Shown here: positions 24,632 to 37,400 of the stretch, in pieces
Numbering within the stretch: the stretch's first letter is position 1
Layout of the letters: every line of letters begins with the position of its first letter
From: Amphiscolops sp. MND2022
Lineage: Eukaryota
Reading direction: 5' to 3'
Assembly (NCBI GenBank): GCA_964187785.1
Contig: OZ076409.1
Span: forward strand, 35,342,001 to 35,406,000
Length of the DNA: 64,000 nucleotides
The notes under the pieces: model-generated
The model's input: only the letters and a program-made list of their open reading frames with translations
What the model was told of the DNA's origin: nothing
Database searches by the model: none
Program-made: the position numbers and the translations under genes

Positions 24632-26150
24632 CTAAAGCTTAGTGACTAAATCACTAAGAATAATTTTGGTACTATATACCACACCTGTCTGACTGAGTAT
24701 ATAATAATTTCTTCGAATTCTCTTTAAGTCTTTCTGAAGCAGTGTTTGTTGCATCCTTTCTACATAGTTCTCTATTTTGGATTCCTCCACTTTTATTTCG
24801 TTATGTTTGCAATAATACACATAATAACAAGCTATGCTGTATTGTGTAATTTCAATTGTCTGGTCTGACATCTTCTCTAAAAAGAATTTCATCTTGTTGT
24901 AATCCTCGCCAGTAAAAAATAACTTTGATAAGCAACGTAATCCACTTGTTGCGCCTACAAAAATCGTCACGAATATTCGTATTTTCAAGTTTAGTACCAG
25001 TTTTGAACAAACTGCCAGATCATCACAATCTGCCATTATTTGATGACTTGCTTCATTTTTGGTACCAGTCACGAGTATCTTTATTCGTACTTCTTGGATT
25101 TTTTGTGTCAATCAAAACAATTTCCTTTGATATAAAATTGAATTAATTTAAAAAGATTATTCAAAATCAGCGGACCAATCAGAGAGCAGCGGCAAAAGTG
25201 TCATTATAGCAGCAGTGTTGGCGTGGAATCCAGGACAAGCACTGTCGTGGAATCCAAGAAACGCTTAACATCAAAGAGAAATTTTGTCCTGGATCCCACG
25301 ACTTTTCTCAATTTTCGTGTCCCGGATTCCACGAAAATCAGCGAAAAGCTTGCCTGTGCACTGTAATGGTATATCACTTTATTATTGTGGTTTAGTATTT
25401 TGTAATTCTGTGATCTAGTATCAAATTCTCTTGTACCATAATCGATCAGACCGCGGTATTGTTGTAATTTATATAATATTCCGTATTCGCTACCTCTAAT
25501 TGAACAGTAGGTTTTAATTAGGACTTCAAAAAATTATCTGGATTATTTATTGTAATATATAACTTTAAGTCGTTTTGCCTCACTGCTGGCAGGGTGTCTT
25601 TAACATATTGTGCAATATTCATTATTTGTATATTATGATGTCTACCAAACCAGAGTAAGCCTTCTACCTTGGTTTAAAGGTTTTTATATGCACATGGGTT
25701 GTCAAAAATTGTCGTTTTATTAGCAAGTGATTCACTTTTATTTTTTTATTGCAATAATTCTACATATCGGTTATCATGAAACTCATCCGCATCGCGACGA
25801 AATAGTATATAATCAGGTTTTGTTTGAACTAGGTACTAATTCAAGAACCTAGTAATCCCCAACCCACTACTTCCGAACTTTGAAAAGTGACACTTCGTAC
25901 TTGTAATTGGTGGAGTAGGTTCTTGTTGTTCTTCTTGGTTTGTCAAATGAAAGTATTTGAATCCTTTAAATTGTTTTAGATTTTCATAAAATTTTTTATA
26001 CCATCCAGGGCGAATACAATACCAACATACTGCAAATATACATAAAAATATAAATACTGAGATGACAATATACAGCAAAACTGGCTTCGCATAATTGGAA
26101 TATTTAGGCCCGTGCTTTGAAACTAAATAATTCAAACAATCATTATTCAT
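24632..26150 (-). pseudogene. Second A32-like ATPase with N-terminal hydrophobic helix (copy A, unit 1), interrupted by a ~0.4 kb insertion
   Basis: LLYIVISVFIFLCIFAVCWY, FGSSGLGIT, FGRHHNIQIMNIAQY; homologous to 53126-54132. Confidence 0.75.
24950..25360. mobile_element. MITE-like insertion in ATPase 2 (duplicated near 27815-28225)
   Basis: Absent from the copy C homolog; contains inverted GTGGAATCC/GGATTCCAC motifs and TCAGCGAAA like the 63 kb repeats; boundaries approximate. Confidence 0.55.
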
Positions 26151-26270
26151 TGATTTCGAAAAAAAGGTAAATTATTTTCAACACTATTACTACACATGCA
26201 AAGCGCTTGGCATGCGATTCACAGTATGACATTATATCACAGCTTCCTTATCGAGAATAAAAAAATCCAC

Positions 26271-27193
26271 ATTAGTGAATCAATAAAAAAATAAAGAAAT
26301 TGCTAAAGAAATATTCCCTCCTGTAACCAAGAAGTTTCAAAGAATTCAAACACAAACTCACTATAAAGATGAAAGTTGGAGTACTTTTCTGATAGATCGG
26401 TTCAGCCTAGCAAAATACAACAAAAACTGCAAGTTTGTTTTCACAATAATTGATAACCATACTAAATATTCATGGGCGATTTCTCTCAAAGATAAGTCCG
26501 GAAAAAGTACAACAACTGCATTAGAAAGTTCTATAGGAAAAACGAGAAGAAAACCTGATGAAACTAGGTCAAATAGAGGAAGAGTTTTATAAGAAAACAT
26601 TTTAAAATTTTCCTAATGAGCACTACAATCAAGTTTTTCAACTCATTTAGGTTTGAAAGCTGTTTTTTGAACAATTCGATAGAACACTTGTGGACGTAAT
26701 TAAAGAACCAATGTATGTTAAAGGTGAAGCTTGTTGGCCGAATCATTTGGAAAATGCTTTAGAGAAATATAATAATCTTGTCCATGGAACTACCAAGATG
26801 CCATCATTTGAAATGTCAGCGAATGATAAACTAATACCAAACTAATACTAATAATATTTAGTAGTAACAATAATACAACAAATCTGGCTTCTCATAATAA
26901 AATTAAATTACCTAAATTCAAAATGGGAGGTTTCGTAAGAGTTCCTGTTATGCGAAATTTAAACAGTAAAGGTTACACAACTATCTGAAACAGAGAACTT
27001 TTAAAAATACACAGCATCAACAATACGCAAAGTGCCTCCAGTACAAGTCCGGTAATTTGTAGTCTAGAAGATGAAAACGAAAAAAACTATTCAAGGAAAA
27101 TACCATGAACAAGAACTCTTAGGATATACTTCCAATTTTAAATCTAGTTCTAAAACACAAGAGAGTATGAATATTTTCCATAAATGGGAATAA
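26271..27193 (+). pseudogene. Polinton rve integrase (copy A, unit 1)
   Basis: QTHYKDESWS, TIIDNHTKYSWA, colinear with 54147-55004; frameshifts. Confidence 0.9.
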
Positions 27194-27495
27194 AATTCTA
27201 AAAAGAACGTTGTTTCGAATAAAGAATTGTATGTTTTCATTGAAAGATAAATATGCTATGGATAGACCTGTTCATAAAATTGATTTTATAAAATATAGAC
27301 CAAATAGCTTAGCTACAATCACTAATAATAGTTTGTATATTTCTATCGGTTTCCAAAGAGTAGACGCATATATATGTTTACAAAACTCCTACTTATCATT
27401 TTAACTTGAAGTGTTTAAAATCGATGATACAAGATATGCCGATGGTGATGAAATAGCACTGACTAACTTGGTAATAATCTTAGTGATCACTAAGA

Positions 27496-29012
27496 CTAAA
27501 GCTTAGTGACTAAATCACTAAGAATAATTTTGGTACTATATACCACACCTGTCTGACTGAGTATATAATAATTTCTTCGAATTCTCTTTAAGTCTTTCTG
27601 AAGCAGTGTTTGTTGCATCCTTTCTACATAGTTCTCTATTTTGGATTCCTCCACTTTTATTTCGTTATGTTTGCAATAATACACATAATAACAAGCTATG
27701 CTGTATTGTGTAATTTCAATTGTCTGGTCTGACATCTTCTCTAAAAAGAATTTCATCTTGTTGTATTCCTCGCCAGTAAAAAATAACTTTGATAAGCAAC
27801 GTAATCCACTTGTTGCGCCTACAAAAATCGTCACGAATATTCGTATTTTCAAGTTTAGTACCAGTTTTGATCAAACTGCCAGATCATCACAATCTGCCAT
27901 TATTTGATGACTTGCTTCATTTTTGGTACCAGTCACGAGTATCTTTATTCGTACTTCTTGGATTTTTTGTGTCAATCAAAACAATTTCCTTTGATATAAA
28001 ATTGAATTAATTTAAAAAGATTATTCAAAATCAGCGGACCAATCAGAGAGCAGCGGCAAAAGTGTCATTATAGCAGCAGTGTTGGCGTGGAATCCAGGAC
28101 AAGCACTGTCGTGGAATCCAAGAAACGCTTAACATCAAAGAGAAATTTTGTCCTGGATCCCACGACTTTTCTCAATTTTCGTGTCCCGGATTCCACGAAA
28201 ATCAGCGAAAAGCTTGCCTGTGCACTGTAATGGTATATCACTTTATTATTGTGGTTTAGTATTTTGTAATTCTGTGATCTAGTATCAAATTCTCTTGTAC
28301 CATAATCGATCAGACCGCGGTATTGTTGTAATTTATATAATATTCCGTATTCGCTACCTCTAATTGAACAGTAGGTTTTAATTAGGACTTCAAAAAATTA
28401 TCTGGATTATTTATTGTAATATATAACTTTAAGTCTATTTGCCTCACTGCTGGCAGGGTGTCTTTAACATATTGTGCAAGATTCATTGTTTGTATATTAT
28501 GATGTCTACCAAACCAGAGTAAGCCTTCTACCTTGGTTTAAAGGTTTTTATATGCACATGGGTTGTCACAAATTGTCGTTTTATTAGCAAGGTATTCACT
28601 TTTTTTTTTATTGCAATAATTCTACATATCGGTTATCATGAAACTCATCCGCATCGCGACGAAATAGTATATAATCAGGTTTTGTTTGAACTAGGTACTA
28701 ATTCAAGAACCTAGTAATCCCCAACCCACTACTTCCGAACTTTGAAAAGTGACACTTCGTACTTGTAATTGGTGGAGTAGGTTCTTGTTGTTCTTCTTGG
28801 TTTGTCAAATGAAAGTATTTGAATCCTTTAAATTGTTTTAGATTTTCATAAAATTTTTTATACCATCCAGGGCGAATACAATACCAACATACTGCAAATA
28901 TACATAAAAATATAAATACTGAGATGACAATATACAGCAAAACTGGCTTCGCATAATTGGAATATTTAGGCCCGTGCTTTGAAACTAAATAATTCAAACA
29001 ATCATTATTCAT
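27496..29012 (-). pseudogene. Second ATPase (copy A, unit 2)
   Basis: Duplicate of 24632-26150. Confidence 0.75.
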
Positions 29013-29132
29013 TGATTTCGAAAAAAAGGTAAATTATTTTCAACACTATTACTACACATGCAAAGCGCTTGGCATGCGATTCACAGTATGACATTATATC
29101 ACAGCTTCCTTATCGAGAATAAAAAAATCCAC

Positions 29133-30055
29133 ATTAGTGAATCAATAAAAAAATAAAGAAATTGCTAAAGAAATTTTCCCTCCTGTAACCAAGAAGTTTC
29201 AAAGAATTCAAACACAAACTCACTATAAAGATGAAAGTTGGAGTACTTTTCTGATAGATCGGTTCAGCCTAGCAAAATACAACAAAAACTGCAAGTTTGT
29301 TTTCACAATAATTGATAACCATACTAAATATTCATGGGCGATTTCTCTCAAAGATAAGTCCGGAAAAAGTACAACAACTGCATTAGAAAGTTCTATAGGA
29401 AAAACGAGAAGAAAACCTGATGAAACTAGGTCAAATAGAGGAAGAGTTTTATAAGAAAACATTTTAAAATTTTCCTAATGAGCACTACAATCAAGTTTTT
29501 CAACTCATTTAGGTTTGAAAGCTGTTTTTTGAACAATTCGATAGAACACTTTTGGACGTAATTAAAGAACCAATGTATGTTAAAGGTGAAGCTTGTTGGC
29601 CGAATCATTTGGAAAATGCTTTAGAGAAATATAATAATCTTGTCCATGGAACTACCAAGATGCCATCATTTGAAATGTCAGCGAATGATAAACTAATACC
29701 AAACTAATACTAATAATATTTAGTAGTAACAATAATACAACAAATCTGGCTTCTCATAATAAAATTAAATTACCTAAATTCAAAATGGGAGGTTTCGTAA
29801 GAGTTCCTGTTATGCGAAATTTAAACAGTAAAGGTTACACAACTATCTGAAACAGAGAACTTTTAAAAATACACAGCATCAACAATACGCAAAGTGCCTC
29901 CAGTACAAGTCCGGTAATTTGTAGTCTAGAAGATGAAAACGAAAAAAACTATTCAAGGAAAATACCATGAACAAGAACTCTTAGGATATACTTCCAATTT
30001 TAAATCTAGTTCTAAAACACAAGAGAGTATGAATATTTTCCATAAATGGGAATAA
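29133..30055 (+). pseudogene. Polinton rve integrase (copy A, unit 2)
   Basis: Duplicate of 26271-27193. Confidence 0.9.
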
Positions 30056-30091
30056 AATTCTAAAAAGAACGTTGTTTCGAATAAAGAATTG

Positions 30092-31310
30092 TATATTTTC
30101 ATTGAAAGATAAATATGCTATGGATAGACCTGTTCATAAAATTGATTTTATAAAATATAGACCAAATAGCTTAGCTACAATCACTAATAATAGTTTGTAT
30201 ATTTCTATCGGTTTCCAAAGAGTAGACGCATATATATGTTTACAAAACTCCTACTTATCATTTTAACTTGAAGTGTTTAAAATCGATGATACAAGATATG
30301 CCGATGGTGATGAAATAGCACTGACTAACTTCGGACTCATTGCCTTTTTTAGTGAGGCTAAGGTGACAAATAGTTCCGGGAAACACCCTGACAAAGTTTA
30401 TAATTTACACACGGTAAATTTAAAAAACAACATTTTACCTTCTCAACAACAAACCAGAGAACTGTTGTATGGGTTTGAAGAATCAGAAGCCATCAGATAA
30501 TTAGAACTAAAAACGAACAAACCTTAAAAAGGAACCTTTTTGTGATAATTAGGTTGCGTGACATGTTTGGATATGCTGACCAGGAAGAAAATTACTTATG
30601 GATTGGGTTACAAACTCAATTTAAAACGTAAAAAACATGATTCGTACTGCAGTAGGTGCTGCAAAAATAGATGTAAAAAATAGTGGTTGGTATATTCCAC
30701 ATTATACACCTGACTTAGAAAACCAACAAATTGTGTTGGTTCAAATATTGAATAAAGATCCAACTGAACTACAATATAAAGAATGGATTGTTTTTAGAAA
30801 AGAAAAAAGCACTAATAATTATTATTGTGCCTTTGAATTGGAGAACGCTGGTGAGGTTACTCCTACTTTTGTAATGGTTTAGTTTCAATCTAGAAAGAAA
30901 ATCGATTCACAAGCGCATGACAAAGCAACATTTGATAGAATTTCTTTTTTAAATGCTGTTTGTTAAATAGGATCAGAAAAATATGCTGTTGATGGAATAG
31001 AATATGATTATTCAAAAGATAAATATGATAAAGCTCATTAAGAAATTGAAAACTATTTTGTACATCACACTGAAACTAACATTTTGCCACCATTTATTGA
31101 TGTTCAGAACTTTTAAACAAAAGTTCATCTATATGTATTTGACTTATCCAAACGTAAAGATCATATTGCAAGTCAACCTATTAATTTAGGATTTAAATTT
31201 AGTGCCAACATAAATGTAGCGGACTATACAAAACAACTTATGCCCTGATCCTAAGACGCAAGCTGATAAGTATCAGCAGTGATGGACAAAGGCCTTTTGA
31301 TGTTTTGTTC
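30092..31310 (+). pseudogene. Double jelly-roll major capsid protein (copy A); a 5' fragment is also at 27230-27465
   Basis: FSLKDKYAMDRPVHKIDFIKY, DDTRYADGD, GWYIPHY, colinear with 56449-57675. Confidence 0.85.
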
Positions 31311-31439
31311 ACACAGACATATTCATGATTCATGATATCAATTTAAAATTAAAATTGTATAAAACATTGAACAACAAAACGAAAATAAAATATTTTAGGT
31401 ATAGACATAGACATATTCATGATTCATGAATTTTTTTAT

Positions 31440-34400
31440 TTCAAAAACTCTACCCGATCATATATCAGTTTTAAAACTGTTGATAGGTTTTTCTTTTAAA
31501 TGCCATGTATATCAAGAAAACTTCTTCATCTGTTTTATTTTCTGGTAATTTTTTATGATACAAAAGTATAAACTTCAAACAACATAGACATGGACAATCG
31601 CCTTGTTGAGTGTGTTTATCACATAGTGAGTTTTCTATTGGATTTATAAACAAGCGCTCATCATCGAAGGTACTACAAGTTACCTTTTTTTGTGTCTGAA
31701 CGGTTAGGTTGTGTGCTTTTGAACGAATTGAATAATTTGTTGACTCGGTTGTTTCAGAATAAAATTGGAGATTATATAATTTTCTAAATTAGGAGCTTTT
31801 TGTATTCTCTTTTGCTTCGAATGAGTTTTGGTGCCGGGGGTTTGCGGGTCCTTGGTCCCGTACAGCAAAGTTGGCTTCGCATATGAAATGCTATATGATT
31901 TATATCTTAATACTACAATTTCAGTCAATTCAATTATGGTCGATGTCTCTAATTTCGTTTTCCCTATTACTTTTTCATTTTTACAATCATATAGCTCATG
32001 AGATTTATCTAATTCGCTGAAGTCAAAGTTCTGAGGTGAAAAATTCCATGTCTTTTATAAGGTCCTCAGTTTTACTACTTAAAACAAATGAGTCTGTATC
32101 CACATAATGAAATTGCACCCTATTACCCCAATAGGCTAAAAATATATCATAAGAGACTTCATACAATATCAATTTGAACAACTCTGTCACACTAAAACCA
32201 AGGTTATGAAAAACGGTTTTGTCTTTATCAAACTTGTACACACTGACCGTGGAGTAGTAATCCGCAAAACCTTTTCCATTGTCTTGCCGAAGAAGGCATT
32301 GTTCATGGTTTTATAAGGTCTTTTTCAAAGTTAGTTTTCGCTACAATGCGTTTTTGATAATTATTTTCAAGGTATTATTTTTCTACACAATGTATTTTGC
32401 TAACCAAAGTGATTGGTTGAATTGTCAAATTGAGTGTACTTTTGTTCCTTTCATTCCCATGTTGATGTAAATCTTGATTATCCTATAATGTGTCATATAT
32501 TTAGTTTTATTGGTTACATCTCACATAAGTTTTGATATTGGTTTGTAATAGGGACGTTTTACACTATTCATATAAGATATAAGTAACTATGGACTCACTT
32601 TTGTTTGAGAAAAGCGCAAAGGAAAGTTTTTTTATTTTTTTAAATTTCAATAAGTGTTGTAAATTGATTAATGTCTAATTTTTCAAAATCACCACTCGGC
32701 AAAGGCTGACTCATTGCCCACCCATATAGATTATTTGCATCATTGTATAAAGGTTTAGTGTTTTCATCAGATTTACCATGCCTATCACGCATCACACTAG
32801 ACACACCACCACGAATATTATTTACTGAAAATATTAATAATTCTTTATCTTTCATATAATCTAACTTTTTATTTGTGAACCTCAAGACAATCACCCATGT
32901 AATACCTGGTGCTGAGTAACTGTACAACGGATTAATGCCACACAATAGAGGAGACTTCTCAACAAAGTTCTAGAACACGTCAGTTAGTTGAGGAACATCC
33001 ATTTTTAAGTAAAACATAGTAAGTTGTTGTGGTGTTGTAATGTTGTATTTTTTAACTATTTCACTTGTACGGGATAAATCACTTCACACGTGTAAGGTTG
33101 TTTTAATGTGGACCAATAGTTTTTTTGGTTAGATTATGGGGATCTTGGAAATTTTCATGACCGAATTTTTCATATTGATAAGCTAGTTTTTCTTGAACAA
33201 ACCATCAGTTGAACCCTCGGAGTCCATACATTTGAGAGTGTCCAGAGATGCTATTGGTTTTTGTAGACTAGAAGGTAAGAATCTGTTTGAATCCAGGAGT
33301 TGTAAGGAGACTATTTGTAGATTAACATAGTTTTCCATTGACTTTGGAAATATTTTTGGTTCATACCCCATTATGAAAGCTTGTGTTAAGAGTTCTTCAA
33401 TTAAAAGATGACAATCATAACCACTGAAAATATGGAAAAAATAGGACCAAAACTTGATGACTTTTGTTTACAATTTAGATTACACCTATTATGGGCTGCT
33501 TCTTTGTACTTACCGGTAAGACGAACGTGATCTCTAACTTTAGCAGTATTCGAATCAAAAGGTTTTTCCCACACAGCAAAGCTGGCTTCGCTTATCCAGC
33601 ATGTTGTAGACACTTCAAATTGTTCTTATTCTTCAGGACTCCTTACAAACCCATTACAGTTTTTGGCGCGTGAAAGTGGTATATTTGTTTTGAAATACTC
33701 AGATGCCATTTTTTCTAAATTAAACATTTCAGTTACAAACCATTTAACACAATCAGTTCCAGAATAAGTGTAGTATGCGGAGCCAGCTTTGCTGCATGCG
33801 GAGCCTGCGGAGCCAGCGAAGCTGTATTGATTTCCAAATGGTGAAAATAAATAATAGCCAACAGCAATTGGGTTTGGTTTGAATAAAAAGTTGGGTTTAT
33901 TAGGCTTATTTAGAGGCTAGTTAATACAGTCGAAATCTACATATACTCTAAAAGGGAGTGGAATTTTCATATTGTTGATTTATACATCTTTCTATATGAT
34001 CAATTGGAACTGGGTGTGCACTCGAGGTTGTTAAACATCTCCTACATACATGGTTAAAATGTGAACTTTTATTAATTAAACAGTGTAACTTTGTAATTTG
34101 AATAAAAAGTTGGTTATATTAGGCTTATTTTGAGGCTAGTTAATACAGCCAAAATCTACATAGACTCTAAAAGGGAGTGGTATTTTCATATCCGGGTGTG
34201 CACTCGAGGCTGTTAAACATCTCCTACATACATGGTTAAAAAGTGAACTTTTATTAATTAAACAGTGTAACTTTGTAATTTTTGGCATTAGTAATTTTCA
34301 TACAATAATCAGTCTCTTTGTGTTTGTTTGATCATAGTTCGTTTTCAGTGGATTGATGCCAAACTGTTCCCATTACGATACACATCCCGGTAAAATGGAC

Positions 34401-37400
34401 TCCAGTCTGGCAGCGTAATCTGTGTAATCCGAAAAATGGTCATTCAGCGTCATTCACCTAAAGGTCATTCACCTATTATGGGCTGCTTCTTTGTACTTAC
34501 CGGTAAGACGAACGTGATCTCTAACTTTAGCAGTATTTGAATCAAAAGGTTCTTCCCACACAGCAAAGCTGGCTTCGCTTATCCAGCATGTTGTAGACAC
34601 TTCAAATTGTTCTTATTCTTCAGGACTCCTTACAAACCCATTACAGTTTTTGGCGCGTGAAAGTGATATATTTGTTTTAAAATAATCAGATGCCATTTTT
34701 TCTAAATTAAACATTTCAGTTACAAACCATTTAACACAATCAGTTCCAGAATAAGTGTAGTATGCGGAGCCAGCTTTGCTGCATGCGGAGCCTGCGGAGC
34801 CAGCGAAGCTGTATTGATTTCCAAATGGTGAAAATAGATAATAGCCAACAGCAATTGGAATTGGTTTGAATAAAAAGTTGGGTTTATTAGGCTTATTTTG
34901 AGGCTAGTTAATACAGTCGAAATCTACATATACTTTAAAAGGGAGTGGTATTTTCATATTGTTGATTTATAGATCTTTCTATATGATCAATTGGAACCGG
35001 GTGTGCACTCGAGGCTGTTAAACATCTCCTACATACATGGTTAAAAAGTGAACTTTTATTAATTAAACAGTGTAACTTTGTAATTTTTGGCATTAGTAAT
35101 TTTCATACAATAATCAGTCTCTTTGTGTTTGTTTGATCATAGTTCGTTTTCAGTGGATTGATGCCAAACTGTTCCCATTACGATACACATCCCGGTAAAA
35201 TGGACTCCAGTCTGGCAGCGTAATCTGTGTAATCCGAAAAATGGTCATTCAGCGTCATTCACCTAAAGGTCATTCACCTATCATGGGCTGCTTCTTTGTA
35301 CTTACCTGTAAGACGAACGTGATCTCTAACTTTAGCAGTATTTGAATCAAAAGGTTCTTCCCACACAGCAAAGCTGGCTTCGCTTATCCAGCATGTTGTA
35401 GACACTTCAAATTGTTCTTATTCTTCAGGACTCCTTACAAACCCAATACAGTTTTTGGCGCGTGAAAGTGATATATTTGTTTTAAAATAATCAGATGCCA
35501 TTTTTTCTAAATTAAACATTTCAGTTACAAACCATTTAACACAATCAGTTCCAGAATAAGTGTAGTATGCGGAGCCAGCTTTGCTGCATGCGGAGCCTGC
35601 GGAGCCAGCGAAGCTGTATTGATTTCCAAATGGTGAAAATAGATAATAGCCAACAGCAATTGGAATTGGTTTGAATAAAAAGTTGGGTTTATTAGGCTTA
35701 TTTTGAGGCTAGTTAATACAGTCGAAATCTACATATACTTTAAAAGGGAGTGGTATTTTCATATTGTTGATTTATAGATCTTTCTATATGATCAATTGGA
35801 ACCGGGTGTGCACTCGAGGCTGTTAAACATCTCCTACATACATGGTTAAAAAGTGAACTTTTATTAATTAAACAGTGTAACTTTGTAATTTTTGGCATTA
35901 GTAATTTTCATACAATAATCAGTCTCTTTGTGTTTGTTTGATCATAGTTCGTTTTCAGTGGATTGATGCCAAACTGTTCCCATTACGATACACATCCCGG
36001 TAAAATGGACTCCAGTCTGGCAGCGTAATCTGTGTAATCCGAAAAATGGTCATTCAGCGTCATTCACCTAAAGGTCATTCACCTATTATGGGCTGCTTCT
36101 TTGTACTTACCGGTAAGACGAACGTGATCTCTAACTTTAGCAGTATTTGAATCAAAAGGTTCTTCCCACACAGCAAAGCTGGCTTCGCTTATCCAGCATG
36201 TTGTAGACACTTCAAATTGTTCTTATTCTTCAGGACTCCTTACAAACCCATTACAGTTTTTGGCGCGTGAAAGTGATATATTTGTTTTAAAATAATCAGA
36301 TGCCATTTTTTCTAAATTAAACATTTCAGTTACAAACCATTTAACACAATCAGTTCCAGAATAAGTGTAGTATGCGGAGCCAGCTTTGCTGCATGCGGAG
36401 CATGCGGAGCCAGCGAAGCTGTATTGATTTCCAAATGGTGAAAATAGATAATAGCCAACAGCAATTGGAATTGGTTTGAATAAAAAGTTGGGTTTATTAG
36501 GCTTATTTTGAGGCTAGTTAATACAGTCGAAATCTACATATACTTTAAAAGGGAGTGGTATTTTCATATTGTTGATTTATAGATCTTTCTATATGATCAA
36601 TTGGAACCGGGTGTGCACTCGAGGCTGTTAAACATCTCCTACATACATGGTTAAATAGTGAACTTTTATTAATTAAACAGTGTAACTTTGTAATTTGAAT
36701 AAAAAGTTGGGTATATTAGGCTTATTTTGAGGCTAGTTAAAACAGCCAAAATCTACATAGACTCTAAAAGGGAGTGGTATTTTCATATTGTTGATTTATA
36801 CATCTTTCTATATGATCAATTGGAACCGGGTGTGCACTCGAGGCTGTTAAACATCTCCTACATACATGGCTGAAATGTGAACTTTTATTAATTAAACAGT
36901 GTAACTTTGTAATTTGAATAAAATGTTGGGTTTATTAGGCTTATTTTGAGGCTAGTTAATACAGTCGAAATCTACATATACTCTAAAAGGGAGTGGTATT
37001 TTCATATTGTTGATTTATACATTTTTCTATATGATCAATTGGAACCGGGTGTGCACTCGAGGCTGTTAAACATCTCCTACATACATGGTTAAAAAGTGAA
37101 CTTTTATTAATTAAACAGTGTAACTTTGTAATTTTTGGCATTAGTAATTTTCATACAATAATCAGTCTCTTTGTGTTTGTTTGATCATAGTTCGTTTTCA
37201 GTGGATTGATGCCAAACTGTTCCCATTACGATACACATCCCGGTAAAATGGACTCCAGTCTGGCAGCGTAATCTGTGTAATCCGAAAAATGGTCATTCAG
37301 CGTCATTCACCTAAAGGTCATTCACCTATTATGGGCTGCTTCTTTGTACTTACCGGTAAGACGAACGTGATCTCTAACTTTAGCAGTATTTGAATCAAAA

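Larger units (their letters stand above)
24602..30327. repeat. Direct tandem duplication of ~2.86 kb (24602-27465 / 27466-30327)
   Basis: Identical ORFs offset by 2862 nt (25836/28698, 26361/29223, 27210/30072); ACTT microhomology at 24602, 27466 and 30328. Confidence 0.96.
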
